In this document: positions 62,775 through 64,000 of the stretch, one piece after another | Numbering within the stretch: position 1 is the first letter of the stretch | How the letters are laid out: every line of letters begins with the position of its first letter | Translations under genes and position numbers: made by a program | Source: Epiperipatus broadwayi | Lineage: Eukaryota > Animalia > Onychophora | Length of the DNA: 64,000 nt | Direction: 5' to 3' | Assembly: GCA_028023455.1 (NCBI GenBank) | Contig: JAQFVV010000003.1 | Span: 9,548,001 to 9,612,000, forward strand | Notes under the pieces: generated by a model | The model's input: the letters and a program-made list of their open reading frames with translations, nothing else | Database searches by the model: none | What the model was told of the DNA's origin: nothing

Positions 62775-63260
62775 ATGGATAATGAATACTTATATGAATG
62801 AGAATAAATTTATCGCACTGACACGCATAGTAAATAATGGAAATATATGTCTGCTTAAAGAAATCATCGCATTACGACTTATGGCTATTCCTGGGTGACT
62901 AATAATATACTGAAAGGTGGTGCATGCATGGCGGCAGATTGGGGTGGTCCAATTAGTACGCTTCATGAATTTGATTAACAAAATTTTACCGATTTCCTCT
63001 GCAAACATAGGCAGGATTGGTGTTGAGATGAAGGGCGGTCGGCAATGCCTTTATTGGGCTGGATTTCCCAGAGCGATCCCCATATATGGCATGCACATAT
63101 GGCCAAATATGTCCCCAGGATGGTTTTACAGCCTGGTTCAAGGACATTGAGAAACGATGATGGGGCTTGACTTAGCGAATACCTCCATGTTAGAGAGGAG
63201 CACGGATATATATTTGACAAAGTGGCCTATATGCATGCAACGCTTAAGGATACAATATAA
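62775..63260 (+). pseudogene. GC-rich relic ORF of unknown family (162 codons, 7 internal stops)
   Basis: ATG at 62775 to TAA at 63260 without a frameshift: ...RNHRITTYGYSWVTNNILKGGACMAADWGGPISTLHEFD*QNFTDFLCKHRQDWC*DEGRSAMPLLGWISQSDPHIWHAHMAKYVPRMV... Stop density is not clearly below random; the call rests on composition and protein-like appearance. Confidence 0.3.
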
Positions 63261-64000
63261 CTATAACTTTAAAGATTATCTTAACTTATTTACTGCCCAT
63301 AAATTGTGAAATACCCGGCGTAATGGTATGGTTTTTTCGTTAAACAAACATGGATAATAATTTTAATTAAATATACAATTTCAAGATCTGAACATCCCCC
63401 ACCCCCTTCCTTTATGTTACTTAATATTATTCATAACTTCCCACACATTTAACAAATCTCAATCTCAGTTAATAAATGCCCTTATGAAAATATATAAATT
63501 AATACAAAAATAAATGGGTGGTGGTAATAGCTATGATGGGTTTACATATATAACATAAATTGATAATAAAAAATAGCGCATTATTTAGAAAGAAAAATAT
63601 TTATAAAACAGATGTTGATCTGTTTTTCTATAGCAAACATAAAAAATAATTAATTTGTTTATCCAAAATCGCTAGCACCTGGACAAGACGAATAAGACTT
63701 GTTTTGATTAAGTTATAAGTTAATTACCCGATAAATGATGGGTGGGGGGAATGAAAATAAATTATGTGCTGGCAATTTTAAAAATATTATTGGCATTTTT
63801 CTTTTTTAAAACATAAATACATAACTATAAATGAAAATTATCTGCCGCATGGAAATAAAAGAAAAGAAAACATTTTATAAGAGGCTTAATAGTGATAAGT
63901 TATATGGAGTTATAGAGAGTTACATACTATGAAAACACTTAATATATATATATGATCGGAACACAGAATAAATCTTACAAAGAAGGCAGGATTTGAGAAT

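Noticed and set aside
63277-63325. TATCTTAAC-TTATTTAC as U12 branch point/AC acceptor with a 32-nt exon (L-PINCEIPGVM, gtatgg donor)
   Set aside because: Imperfect branch site, only C-E resembles the expected segment, and it lies inside the putative 62575-63800 element. Not excluded; needs RNA-seq.

Overview
Very AT-rich eukaryotic (animal, probably invertebrate; taxon cannot be fixed from sequence alone) genomic DNA. The only host gene I can support is a + strand voltage-gated calcium channel alpha2/delta subunit (CACNA2D family). Seven short exons (8155-58524) splice in frame, and the last is followed by a perfect U12-type ATATCCTTT donor instead of GT. Both ends of the gene were not found and probably lie outside the window. 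The introns (0.1-17 kb) are packed with decayed mobile DNA: a full-length 6.2-kb L1/Tx1-type retrotransposon with a 15-bp TSD, an RTE element, several Ty3/Gypsy relics, Penelope-like elements (two forming near-spacerless head-to-head palindromes with hammerhead-like tails), hAT and pogo/Tc1-type MITEs, and tRNA-Gly-derived retrocopies. The most unusual structure is a 3.3-kb palindrome (54962-58297) with a 3-nt apex, nested apex repeats, terminal mini-hairpins and an inward-pointing relic ORF in each arm. A possibly older analogue with convergent, apparently paralogous relic ORFs lies at about 1.2-2.7 kb. No rRNA, CRISPR array or prokaryotic features were seen. All alignments and translations were done by eye; identities are estimates.
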